The notes under the pieces were generated by a model. It was not told the origin of the DNA and searched no databases. It saw only the letters and a list, made by a program, of their open reading frames with translations. A DNA stretch of 39,534 nucleotides, from contig CAXTKV010000017.1 in NCBI GenBank assembly GCA_964244895.1, positions 1 to 39,534 on the forward strand. The letters run 5' to 3'. Every line of letters starts with the position of its first letter. Positions within the stretch are counted from its first letter, which is position 1. A program made the position numbers and the translations under genes. Source of the DNA: an uncultured Deinococcales bacterium. GTDB lineage: Bacteria > Deinococcota > Deinococci > Deinococcales > JAAFIG01. Positions 1 to 15,615 of the stretch are shown in pieces.

Positions 1-48
1 CGCCTTACAAGCGAGTGGTCGTTGGTTCAAATCCGACATCGCCCACCA
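1..48 (+). tRNA. tRNA-Val(TAC), 5' part outside window
   Basis: Anticodon loop CTTACAA (anticodon TAC at 6-8), T-arm GTTGG-TTCAAAT-CCGAC, acceptor strand ending in encoded CCA at 46-48. Confidence 0.93.
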
Positions 49-52
49 ACAG

Positions 53-84
53 AAACGTGGTCAAGGGTCGCGGCCTTGACCACG
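53..84 (-). terminator. Hairpin between tRNA and convergent antitoxin gene; likely intrinsic terminator
   Basis: CGTGGTCAAGG (56-66) / CCTTGACCACG (74-84) perfect 11-bp stem, followed by TTTCTGTT on the minus strand. Confidence 0.6.
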
Positions 85-324
85 CGTTCGTGCGGCGCGG
101 TCTTGCCTTACGGCCAGCAAACCGCTGACCATCGAACGCAATTCCTCGAGTTCGGTTTGTAATCGTTGGTACTCGCTGACGCCCATCATCACGGCAGCGG
201 CGCGCCCGTTGTGCGTGACGACCACGGGCGATCCACCCTCGCGCAACCGTTTCAAGATTGGTGAGGCGTTCGCACGGAAATCCGAAAGCGGCACGATATC
301 TTGCTCGAGATTCAAAGTTGGCAT
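61..324 (-). CDS. Phd/YefM family antitoxin (no toxin gene adjacent)
   Basis: IVPLSDFRAN...PVVVTHNGRAAAVMMGVSEYQ is a typical Phd/YefM N-terminus; start placed at ATG 324, 6 nt after -10 TACAGT. Confidence 0.85.
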   Translation of the reverse strand: MPTLNLEQDIVPLSDFRANASPILKRLREGGSPVVVTHNGRAAAVMMGVSEYQRLQTELEELRSMVSGLLAVRQDRAARTRGQGRDP

Positions 325-359
325 ATGTAAACTGTACATGATTCAAGACAGGATTTCAG
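325..359 (-). promoter_or_regulatory. Leaderless promoter of the antitoxin gene with overlapping TGTACA palindrome (candidate operator)
   Basis: Minus strand CTGAAA-17 nt-TACAGT-6 nt-ATG; TGTACA at 333-338 overlaps the -10. Confidence 0.55.
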
Positions 360-451
360 ACAATCTTGAGAATGCTGTCCCAGACTCAAAATCCCTCCAA
401 CTGTTCAATGACGTTCTCAACGTCAGTTATCATCCTCAAAAGGAGGATGTG

Positions 452-946
452 ATGACCCAACCCTCAAGTTCAATCGAGCCTTTCACCGAAGAGGTTTTTG
501 TAAGCGACTCCGAGCGGAGACTTTTTAATGAGAAATCTATTGAGATCAGTAAAACCTTATTTAAAGAGGTTTTAAGCGAAACTTCTAAGAAGAATTACAA
601 CATTCTCCTTGGGGCTTCACTTGCTTGCGTTTTGCTTTGGCTAGGTGTGAAGATAGAAAATATTTCTGCCCTCGCCGCACTTAAGGAACTCAGCATACCC
701 GTAATTAGGTATGCCGCAGCTCTATCAACCATTTATTTCTTACTTATTTTTTTAATTTCTATAACACAAGATTGGCAGATTTATAGTTATGAAATTTCGA
801 AAAATCGAGAAGAACTTAGTGCCTTCATGACCACATTAAGTAATCGAGCTATTGAACTTGCCTTAAAAAACTTAAGACTGCACAGAGAAATTAAAATGTT
901 TTTCCTAAATGAAATCGGAAAACTTGATAAAAATGTGAAAATTTGA
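452..946 (+). CDS. AT-rich hypothetical membrane protein, N-terminal fragment (2 predicted TM helices)
   Basis: Strong RBS AAGGAGG before ATG 452; hydrophobic segments ILLGASLACVLLWLGV and YAAALSTIYFLLIFLISI; probably one gene with 943..1359. Confidence 0.65.
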   Translation: MTQPSSSIEPFTEEVFVSDSERRLFNEKSIEISKTLFKEVLSETSKKNYNILLGASLACVLLWLGVKIENISALAALKELSIPVIRYAAALSTIYFLLIFLISITQDWQIYSYEISKNREELSAFMTTLSNRAIELALKNLRLHREIKMFFLNEIGKLDKNVKI

Positions 947-1359
947 CAAAATTAAAATATTTACTAACTAACGATGATTTGAAAGAAAATGATGAGTATA
1001 AGGATTTGCAAAAGGAAGTTATCGAACGCATAGTAAATAAATATGGTGAAGGTTATCTAGGAAAATTGAATCATCCTGATTTGTTGCATAGTCTAGTGGA
1101 CGAATTAGAGCTTTTATTAGATGAAGGAGTTGAGGAAAATAAGAAGCTTCGAGCGGAAATGGATTTACGTATGAATGAATTTGAAGATAATAGCAAGAAT
1201 TCTGAAGTTCTAAGAAATAGATACGAAAGGCTTAAAAAGACTTTTGTCACTCACCAAAATCTCTCGAAGACAAAGTACGTACTTGAAATCTTATTTCCGG
1301 TTGCAGTCGGTATTTTTGCAGTTACTGTTTCAATTCTTAATATATCTCCGCTAAAATAG
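943..1359 (+). CDS. AT-rich hypothetical protein, C-terminal fragment (charged coiled-coil-like region plus C-terminal TM helix)
   Basis: TTG start with no RBS, overlapping the upstream stop in the -1 frame; C-terminal VLEILFPVAVGIFAVTVSIL. Confidence 0.6.
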   Translation: MTKLKYLLTNDDLKENDEYKDLQKEVIERIVNKYGEGYLGKLNHPDLLHSLVDELELLLDEGVEENKKLRAEMDLRMNEFEDNSKNSEVLRNRYERLKKTFVTHQNLSKTKYVLEILFPVAVGIFAVTVSILNISPLK

Positions 1360-1399
1360 CGAGGCTTTTCAACGATCTAACGTTTAAAAACATGTTCTT

Positions 1400-1456
1400 T
1401 CGAGAACACCGTCCCGCATGTATATTTTGATTCGCGTCCTGCGCGGTGTTCTCGAG
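1400..1456. repeat. Family A palindromic repeat (degenerate two-arm copy)
   Basis: TCGAGAACACCGTC...GCGGTGTTCTCGAG. Confidence 0.75.
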
Positions 1457-1467
1457 TTTCAACAACG

Positions 1468-1495
1468 AAAAAGGGGCGGCAAATGCCGCCCCTTT
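1468..1495 (-). terminator. Intrinsic terminator of rpoBC (possibly bidirectional)
   Basis: AAAGGGGCGGC-AAAT-GCCGCCCCTTT stem with U-tract on the minus strand, just past the rpoC stop. Confidence 0.9.
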
Positions 1496-1510
1496 AACAT
1501 CTTCTAAACC

Positions 1511-6094
<4,584 letters not shown>

Positions 6095-6128
6095 TCATAA
6101 CTCCTTTGGGAGTGTGGTGCTAAAAATT

Positions 6129-6250
6129 GCGTGCCGGACGGTTTTCTCGAGAGAAACAAAACTTGCGTCCTTTGGGAAACACCGTCCAGGACGGTGTTTC
6201 TCGAGATTCAAGGAAATGCGTCTAGGACGGTGTTTCCTTGAATCTCGAGA
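6129..6250. repeat. Family A repeat cluster in the rpoB-rpoC spacer
   Basis: Half arm 6129-6151, palindrome GAAACACCGTCCAGGACGGTGTTTC 6176-6200, perfect 18-bp inverted repeat 6199-6216/6233-6250. Confidence 0.85.
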
Positions 6251-6257
6251 CGTGCCA

Positions 6258-9638
<3,381 letters not shown>

Positions 9639-9841
9639 CCCATCCCGGCGTACCGGGTCGGCCCCACGCGGGGACCCGAGAGAACTGTGCTAGGCTTCCT
9701 CAACGCCAATACGCCGTCGCTGATCTGCCGAGCCCGTCAGTGCCCATCGTGGTTGACGTGACAAGGCCGGAGGGGAAACCTCCGGTGTAAACCTCAAAAA
9801 AGCTGCGCCCCAGAAAACTTGAAAAAGGGCATCAGTCGTCT

Positions 9842-9869
9842 AGTTTACTGGCCTGAGCGCCCCTGTCAA
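9842..9869 (-). promoter_or_regulatory. sigma70-type promoter of rpoBC
   Basis: Minus strand TTGACA-16 nt-TAAACT about 200 nt upstream of rpoB. Confidence 0.75.
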
Positions 9870-9994
9870 GGGTTGTGGCTTACGTTTCATGGGCTTGAAG
9901 ATTCGGCTCGAGGATGGACAAGTGAAGCGGGACTGCTCGAGAAATCCGTCTGAGACGATGCGGCTCGGGTATTCTCGTCCGCTTGGTTCATAAC

Positions 9995-10040
9995 AACACC
10001 GTCCAGCACGCATTTCTTGACTCGCGTGCTGGACGGTGTT
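9995..10040. repeat. Family A palindromic repeat (two-arm)
   Basis: AACACCGTCCAGCACGC / GCGTGCTGGACGGTGTT perfect 17-bp inverted repeat with AT-rich loop. Confidence 0.85.
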
Positions 10041-10071
10041 TGTAATTCAGGCAGTCTCGAGCCAGCCAGAC

Positions 10072-10557
10072 CTACAGTTTGACGTCAGCTCCGACCGTGA
10101 ACGCAAAAACCCCGCCCGTGCCCGTCGGGTTGCTCAGGTACAGGCGCAAATTGCCGACGATCCCGAGCGGCCCGAAGACCTCGTAGCGCACGCCGCCGCC
10201 GGCGAACAAAGCCCAACCCACCGCGTCGAAGGGGTCGCCGAGGGTGGATTTCTCGAAACCGATCTCGCCGCGCAGGGTGATCGGGGTGAAGGGCACGGGT
10301 ACGTCGCGCAGCACGGCGGCGATGTCGTAAACGTGCCGTCCGCCCGAGCCGAAGCCGAGCGGCGTGATCTCGAGCCCGAGCGCGCCCAGACCGATCGGCA
10401 AGCTCAGGCCCGCGCCGACGCTGATGCGCGCGTGCAAACCGTTCGAGGTGCCGCCGTAACCGCCCTGGGCCGCGCCCCAGACGGAGAAGCCCTGCGCGCC
10501 CGCCGTGGGTACGAGGGCGATGGCGGCGATGATGATGACGCGTTTGAGGAATTTCAC
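10072..10557 (-). CDS. Secreted protein, probable small outer-membrane beta-barrel
   Basis: Signal peptide MKFLKRVIIIAAIALVPTAGA, alternating hydrophobic Gly-rich strands, ends FTVGADVKL; CATACT 6 nt before GTG. Confidence 0.7.
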   Translation of the reverse strand: MKFLKRVIIIAAIALVPTAGAQGFSVWGAAQGGYGGTSNGLHARISVGAGLSLPIGLGALGLEITPLGFGSGGRHVYDIAAVLRDVPVPFTPITLRGEIGFEKSTLGDPFDAVGWALFAGGGVRYEVFGPLGIVGNLRLYLSNPTGTGGVFAFTVGADVKL

Positions 10558-10717
10558 GGGCTCAGTATGACCTTCCAGCCTGAGCCCGGCATGGGATTTT
10601 CGACACTGAGCACGGGTTATTGAACTGAAATTGAGAGGTCGGCTCGAGCCTCAACCTCGTCGCGCGACTGCGATGGGCAGCGCAATGTCCGCGAGAGAAC
10701 GGGGTCAGACTGCGCGC

Positions 10718-11746
10718 ATGGATTCGATCTGTGACGTGCTGGTGGTCGGTGCGGGCCTCGGTGGGCTGGCCGCAGCGCGCGATCTGATGCGGGCCGGGCT
10801 GCGCGTGCGGGTGCTCGAGAAATCGAAAGGCGTGTCCGGGCGGGCCGCCACCAAACGCTTGGACGTGGACGGCCAGGGCGTCCGCGCCGACCACGGCGCG
10901 CAGTTCTTCACGGTGCGCGGCGAACGCCTGAGCGCGATGCTGGGGATGCTCCTGGAAACGGGCATCAGCCGCGAGTGGACGCGCGGATTTCCGCGCTGGA
11001 CGCCGGACGGGCTCGAGGAGCGCCCACTGGGACACCCGCGTTACGTCTGCCCGGACGGCATGAGCACCCTCGGGAAGGTTTTTGCGAAGGGTTGGGAACC
11101 GGGCGATACCCCGCTCGAGGTCGAGACGCAAGCGCTGGTCGCGGCAATTGAGCCCACTTCAAACGGTTGGAGCGCGGTCTTGGAAAACGGTCGCGTCCAG
11201 CACGGGCGTAGCCTGATCCTGAACGCGCCCGCGCCGCAAGCGGTTTCGCTGCTCCGAAACAGCCTGACACCCGCCGAGCTCGAACCGCTCGAGGCCGTGC
11301 GCTACGACCCGTGCTGGGCGGTCGTGATTGCCCTGAAGGAAATGCCGCCGGTCGGCTGGTTCGGCCTCGAGATGGCGCATCCCGTCCTGGGCTGGGCCGC
11401 GATGGATCACACCCGGCGCGAGTCCGGCAGCCCGCCCGTGCTGGTGCTGCACGCGAACGGCGCGTGGAGCCGCGATCACCTCGAACTGAGCTCCGACGCG
11501 GCCCTCGAGATGATCACTGCAGCCGCCGTGGATGCGCTCGGAGGCTGGGTCGCCCAGTCCCGCGCCGCCATCGCGCACCGTTGGCGGTACGCGCAACCGA
11601 CGGTGCTCTATCCGCACGTGTTCGTGGCGCACGACAACCTGGTGCTGTGCGGCGACTGGTGCGGCACGCCCCGCGTCGAGGGTGCCTTAGAGAGCGGCTG
11701 GGCGAGCGCCGCGTACTTGCGCGAACGCTCGAGCCTTCAGACCTGA
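10718..11746 (+). CDS. NAD(P)/FAD-dependent oxidoreductase, renalase-like
   Basis: GAGLGG Rossmann motif, DHGAQFFT, RWRYA, GDWC...VEGALESG; start at ATG 10718, 6 nt after CAGACT. Confidence 0.9.
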   Translation: MDSICDVLVVGAGLGGLAAARDLMRAGLRVRVLEKSKGVSGRAATKRLDVDGQGVRADHGAQFFTVRGERLSAMLGMLLETGISREWTRGFPRWTPDGLEERPLGHPRYVCPDGMSTLGKVFAKGWEPGDTPLEVETQALVAAIEPTSNGWSAVLENGRVQHGRSLILNAPAPQAVSLLRNSLTPAELEPLEAVRYDPCWAVVIALKEMPPVGWFGLEMAHPVLGWAAMDHTRRESGSPPVLVLHANGAWSRDHLELSSDAALEMITAAAVDALGGWVAQSRAAIAHRWRYAQPTVLYPHVFVAHDNLVLCGDWCGTPRVEGALESGWASAAYLRERSSLQT

Positions 11747-11767
11747 AGGCTCGAGGAAGCTGGTTCA

Positions 11768-11830
11768 GAGAACACCGTCCAGGACGGTGTTCTCGAACAA
11801 TCAAAAATGCCGTGCTGGACGGTCTTCTCG
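11768..11830. repeat. Family A repeat (collapsed palindrome plus half arm)
   Basis: GAGAACACCGTCCAGGACGGTGTTCTC then CGTGCTGGACGGTCTTCTCG. Confidence 0.85.
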
Positions 11831-12025
11831 TGAATAGTACTCGAGGCTGAGCCTTGAGGCAGAACGATAAAGAACCCCGAAGGCGGCGAGCAAGGGCTCG
11901 TCGTCTTCGGGGTCGATGCGCTTCTGGTCAAGAGTTTCAGAGGTACATCTCGAGATCGCAAGTATCGCTCCGAGCGTTACGGCGATCAATTCGGCAAAAT
12001 TCTCGTCTCTACATCTACAAAGAAA

Positions 12026-12277
12026 CTAGAATTGTTTTTCAGGTGCTTCTCCCTGGTCGGGCAGGTAAGGGCGGTCGTTGACCGTGTAACCTGCGGCCAG
12101 TTCATCTTGTATCCGCTCGAACAGCCCGTCATCTTCGACGGGCTCGCGTGTTCGGACCGTTCTTTTTCGAGGCTGCCGCTTGGACGATTCGCCAGCAGAA
12201 ACCATCAGTTCCTTTGCGACTGCGCCGATGAAGCGCACCACAAATCCGATTGTTATCTTTTGCTTTTTGTTCTTCAT
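12026..12277 (-). CDS. Hypothetical small protein (uncertain)
   Basis: 83-aa ORF in a lower-GC stretch, ATG start, no recognisable domain or clear RBS. Confidence 0.35.
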   Translation of the reverse strand: MKNKKQKITIGFVVRFIGAVAKELMVSAGESSKRQPRKRTVRTREPVEDDGLFERIQDELAAGYTVNDRPYLPDQGEAPEKQF

Positions 12278-12424
12278 TTATTTTTTCTGACAACGACATG
12301 GCGGCACGGGCCGCAGACCCAAAAACAATGGAATACGCCAGAAGTTTCAAGGAGCGCAGCGGCGATGCCACCGACGCGAGTGTAAGGGCGTTATCGGGAT
12401 TGTGGGTGAAGTGGCGCACAAAAA

Positions 12425-12480
12425 GAACACCGTCCGAGACGATCGATTGCGTTGCTCGAGAAACACCGTCCTGGACGGTG
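12425..12480. repeat. Family A repeat
   Basis: GAACACCGTCCGAGACG and CTCGAGAAACACCGTCCTGGACGGTG. Confidence 0.8.
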
Positions 12481-12496
12481 CGCGTTAGAATCGAGC

Positions 12497-12976
12497 ATGG
12501 AAGACCTACTGGATTTGCTGGCCTACCACCGTTGGGCCACGGAGCGCACGCTGTTGGCCGCCGAGAAACTCGATCAGGAGCAGTTCACGACCCCGATCGC
12601 CTCGAGCTTTCCGGGCGTGCGGGACACGCTGGTTCACGTCTTCGGCGCGGATCGGGCGTGGCTGGGAAGGCTGGCGGGCGAATCGCCGGAGCGCGGCAAT
12701 CCAGCAGATTTTCCCACGCTGGAATCCTTGCGTGAACCCTGGCTGATCGTGCTGGACGCGTTTCCCGAGCGCGTCAGAGGGATCAACCGTGACGCGGCGA
12801 TCTCGTACAGGAGTTTTTCCGGCGATCCGTTCACGAGTTCGCTCGAGGAGATCGTCAGGCAGGTCGTCAACCACGGCACGTACCACCAGGGGCAGGTCAC
12901 GACGATGCTCAGGCAACTGGGTGCGGAGACCGTCAACACCGACATGATCACGTACTTCCGCCAGAAGACCCGATGA
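12497..12976 (+). CDS. DinB family protein
   Basis: LLAYHRWA, TLVH, VVNHGTYHQGQ His-triad pattern; ATG 12497 5 nt after TAGAAT. Confidence 0.9.
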   Translation: MEDLLDLLAYHRWATERTLLAAEKLDQEQFTTPIASSFPGVRDTLVHVFGADRAWLGRLAGESPERGNPADFPTLESLREPWLIVLDAFPERVRGINRDAAISYRSFSGDPFTSSLEEIVRQVVNHGTYHQGQVTTMLRQLGAETVNTDMITYFRQKTR

Positions 12977-13479
12977 GGTGCGGGCTGTTGATTCTGGCGC
13001 TCGGGCTGATCGCGTGCGCGCCGCGCAACGCCCCGGTTGCGTTCTCGGGCGAACCGCAACGGCTGGCCGTCTCGAGCCTGGTTTCGCCGTTCGCGCGCGG
13101 ATCGCTGGAACGCATCCTGCGCGAAGAAATCCTGGCCAATCCGACGCTCAAGGCTCGCGTCGCGGTCATCCCGCAGGACGAACTCGAGCGCGCGCTGGGC
13201 GGCCCGCCGCCGCAGAACTGGAGCGCCGCGAATTTTGCGCAGTTGCAGGCCAGCCTGAACGCGGGCCTGTTCCTGTCCGGACGCGTGGCCTTGAGCGCCT
13301 CCACGCGCCAGGCCAGCTTGCGGCTCTCGAACCCGCGCGGTCTGATCGGTGAGTACGCCGCCGAAACTGCGGCTTTTCTGGTGCCTTACGCCGAACCCGC
13401 CAAGCCCGAAGATGCGCGGGACGCGATCCGCTTGGCGCTCGAGCGGCTGGGCGCTGGGCTGGTGGACGCGCAGAAGTAA
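12973..13479 (+). CDS. Hypothetical lipoprotein
   Basis: ATGA overlap with the DinB gene stop; lipobox LALGLIAC. Confidence 0.7.
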   Translation: MRCGLLILALGLIACAPRNAPVAFSGEPQRLAVSSLVSPFARGSLERILREEILANPTLKARVAVIPQDELERALGGPPPQNWSAANFAQLQASLNAGLFLSGRVALSASTRQASLRLSNPRGLIGEYAAETAAFLVPYAEPAKPEDARDAIRLALERLGAGLVDAQK

Positions 13480-13556
13480 AGGGCGTTCAAGCGGCGGTTT
13501 CTTGGAGCTTCGAGACTCGTCTGAAGTTTCGCGCACCTATTTTTGAATCATTCATG

Positions 13557-13610
13557 CTCGAGAATACCGTCCTGGACGCGAATTCAATCGTGCGTCCAGG
13601 GCGGTGTCCC
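13557..13610. repeat. Family A repeat (two-arm)
   Basis: CTCGAGAATACCGTCCTGGACGC...GCGTCCAGGGCGGTGTCCC. Confidence 0.8.
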
Positions 13611-13616
13611 CTAAAT

Positions 13617-14576
13617 CTAACTGCCCGCCAGCCGTCCGCGCACCTCGAGCTTGCGGTTGCGTTTGGTGGCGTACATGGCGGCATCGGCGCGTTCCAAAAG
13701 CGCGTCCAGATCCTCGCCGTGACCGAAGGGCACGGAACCCACGTCGGCCTGAACCATCACCAGCCCGCTCGAGGTGCGGATCGGCATGTCGAGTGCGGCC
13801 TGCAAGCGCGCCAGCCCGTCCTGGCCGTGGCGGGTCGCGACGATGAACTCATCGCCACCGTAGCGCGCGACCACGTCCGTGGAGCGCACCGCCGCCCGCA
13901 ACCGATCCGCCACGGCGCGCAGCACCTCGTCACCGACGCGGTGCCCGTAACGGTCGTTGATGTTCTTGAAATCGCCCAGATCCACGAAATTCAACGTGAA
14001 AGCCTCGCTGGAACGCACCCAGGTCTCGAGCTGCGCGATGCCCGCGCTGCGGTTGAGAATCGTCGGGATCAGCGTGTCGGCCCGGTTCATGCGGCGTTCG
14101 GCGGTCAGCGTGCCGATGCCCAACCCCATCGCGGTCAAACCGAGCAGGTTGACCGCCGCGAACAGCGCGAACCCGTTTGAACCCCACGCCCCAAGCCCGA
14201 GCGAGAGCCCGACCATCAGGCACATCGGGATGATCGGCGCGTCCGAACCATCCACCAGCATCGCCAGGGCCGACCCGAACAACCAGGCGTACCCCAGCAC
14301 CTGAAACGGGCTGGCCGCGCCGCCCGTGACCCGCACCAACACCGACAGCACCCCGAGTTCCGAGAAGGTCAGCACCCACTGTCCCAGACCGCGCGGCCCG
14401 TCCGAGCGCCAGGCGATCACGTAAGAAAGGCCGAAACCGACCAGAATCGCGAACTGCCAGGACTCGAGCGGCAGCAATCTGAACAGGCTCAGCACGAAAA
14501 ACGCCAGCAGCGTCACGAAACTCCCGGCGACCCGCTGTCTCCAGATGGCCCGAGAGGATGCGTGAAGGAGGTTCAC
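13617..14576 (-). CDS. Membrane-anchored diguanylate cyclase (GGDEF)
   Basis: Multiple TM helices, DLGDFKNINDRYGH, RYGGDEF active site with RSTD I-site; GTG 14576 6 nt after TACGGT. Confidence 0.92.
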   Translation of the reverse strand: MNLLHASSRAIWRQRVAGSFVTLLAFFVLSLFRLLPLESWQFAILVGFGLSYVIAWRSDGPRGLGQWVLTFSELGVLSVLVRVTGGAASPFQVLGYAWLFGSALAMLVDGSDAPIIPMCLMVGLSLGLGAWGSNGFALFAAVNLLGLTAMGLGIGTLTAERRMNRADTLIPTILNRSAGIAQLETWVRSSEAFTLNFVDLGDFKNINDRYGHRVGDEVLRAVADRLRAAVRSTDVVARYGGDEFIVATRHGQDGLARLQAALDMPIRTSSGLVMVQADVGSVPFGHGEDLDALLERADAAMYATKRNRKLEVRGRLAGS

Positions 14577-14662
14577 GCATTCACCGTATCGTGAAATTGT
14601 CATTCGCGCCGTGAAGAACGCACTGCATTGATCTTTAACCCGCCCAGCTCATCCGGTAAAAA

Positions 14663-14695
14663 CGAGACGACGCTGTGCAGAACGGCGTCGTCTCG
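14663..14695. repeat. Hairpin downstream of the oxidoreductase, possibly a diverged family A copy
   Basis: CGAGACGACGC / GCGTCGTCTCG perfect 11-bp inverted repeat. Confidence 0.5.
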
Positions 14696-14709
14696 CGTAG
14701 AGCTTCACT

Positions 14710-15303
14710 TCAGTCGCTGTAACGCTCTTCCTTCCACGGATCGCCCCGGTCGTGATAGCCGTTGCGTTCCCAGAAACCCAACTCGTCGCGGTTCAGGAAC
14801 TGCAAACCCGATACCCACTTGGCGCTCTTCCAGAGGTACAGATGCGGCACCAGCAAGCGCATCGGCCCGCCGTGCTCCAGGGGCAGGGGTTGGCCTTCGA
14901 GGGTGTGGGTGAACAGATTTTCATCGCGGTTGAAATCCGAGAGCGCCAGGTTGGTGGTGTAGCCGCCGTAACAGTGGATCAGCACGTGCGTGGCTTCGGG
15001 TTTGAGCGCGACCTGCTTCATCAATTCTGTGACCGGAATGCCCGTCCAGGTCACGTCGAGCTTCGACCAGTGCGTGACGCAGTGAATGTCCTTGGTGATC
15101 GTCACCTGCGGCATGGCCATCAGGTCGTCCCAGGTGAACTCGCGCTCCTCGGCCAGGCCCGAAATCACGATCTTGACGTTTTTCGCCTCGATGCGCGGGC
15201 TGGGGCCGTAGGTCAGCACCGGAAACCGTTCGGTCAGCGTCTGACCGGGCGGTGTGCGATCCGCATCTTTGCCTTCGGGCTTCTTGAACAACTTTCCGAA
15301 CAT
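14710..15303 (-). CDS. Sulfite oxidase-like molybdopterin-dependent oxidoreductase (YuiH-like)
   Basis: [47 protein letters not shown] before ATG 15303. Confidence 0.92.
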   Translation of the reverse strand: MFGKLFKKPEGKDADRTPPGQTLTERFPVLTYGPSPRIEAKNVKIVISGLAEEREFTWDDLMAMPQVTITKDIHCVTHWSKLDVTWTGIPVTELMKQVALKPEATHVLIHCYGGYTTNLALSDFNRDENLFTHTLEGQPLPLEHGGPMRLLVPHLYLWKSAKWVSGLQFLNRDELGFWERNGYHDRGDPWKEERYSD

Positions 15304-15505
15304 GGAGACCTCCTGTTCGATTGTGCCGGACTCGGGTGCCGTTGACGATGGACAAATGACGTACATGGTGTCCTGACTGAACTGCGTTCGAGCCTAGCAT
15401 CGCTTTCAACCGTGCGCGGTGGCTTGGGTTACTCGCGAAGACCGATTTCACTTTTGCGCGGCATGCCGTCCCGAGTCTCTTAAGACATCCTCTGGGCAGT
15501 GGGCC

Positions 15506-15564
15506 GCCGTCTGGAACGGTATTCTTGAAGAGTCGAAAACCCCGTCCTGAACGGTGTCCTCGAG
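15506..15564. repeat. Family A repeat (two degenerate tandem arms)
   Basis: GCCGTCTGGAACGGTATTC and CCGTCCTGAACGGTGTCCTCGAG. Confidence 0.65.
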
Positions 15565-15615
15565 AAATGCGCCCAGAGCGTTCAGCTGCGCATTTCTCGT
15601 GTCAGAATTCGCTGC

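Noticed and set aside
209..451. 81-codon N-terminal extension of the AT-rich ORF
   Set aside because: Overlaps the antitoxin gene on the opposite strand; the strong RBS supports ATG 452
1..1460. Prophage or integrative element at tRNA-Val
   Set aside because: No integrase and I found no duplicated tRNA 3' end (att site); only a small islet is supported
6129..6250. Clustered palindromic repeats as a possible CRISPR array
   Set aside because: Repeats are dispersed, variable and mostly inverted, with no regular repeat-spacer periodicity and no cas genes
9640..10070. rpoBC not preceded by rplKAJL, and the large RpoC insertion
   Set aside because: To my knowledge both are normal for Deinococcus-Thermus; useful for taxonomy, not novel
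13554..14180. ORF-track ORFs beginning MLENTV or containing HRPGRC (also 12452, 19718, 27768)
   Set aside because: These peptides are translations of the family A repeat and give spurious ORFs or false N-terminal extensions
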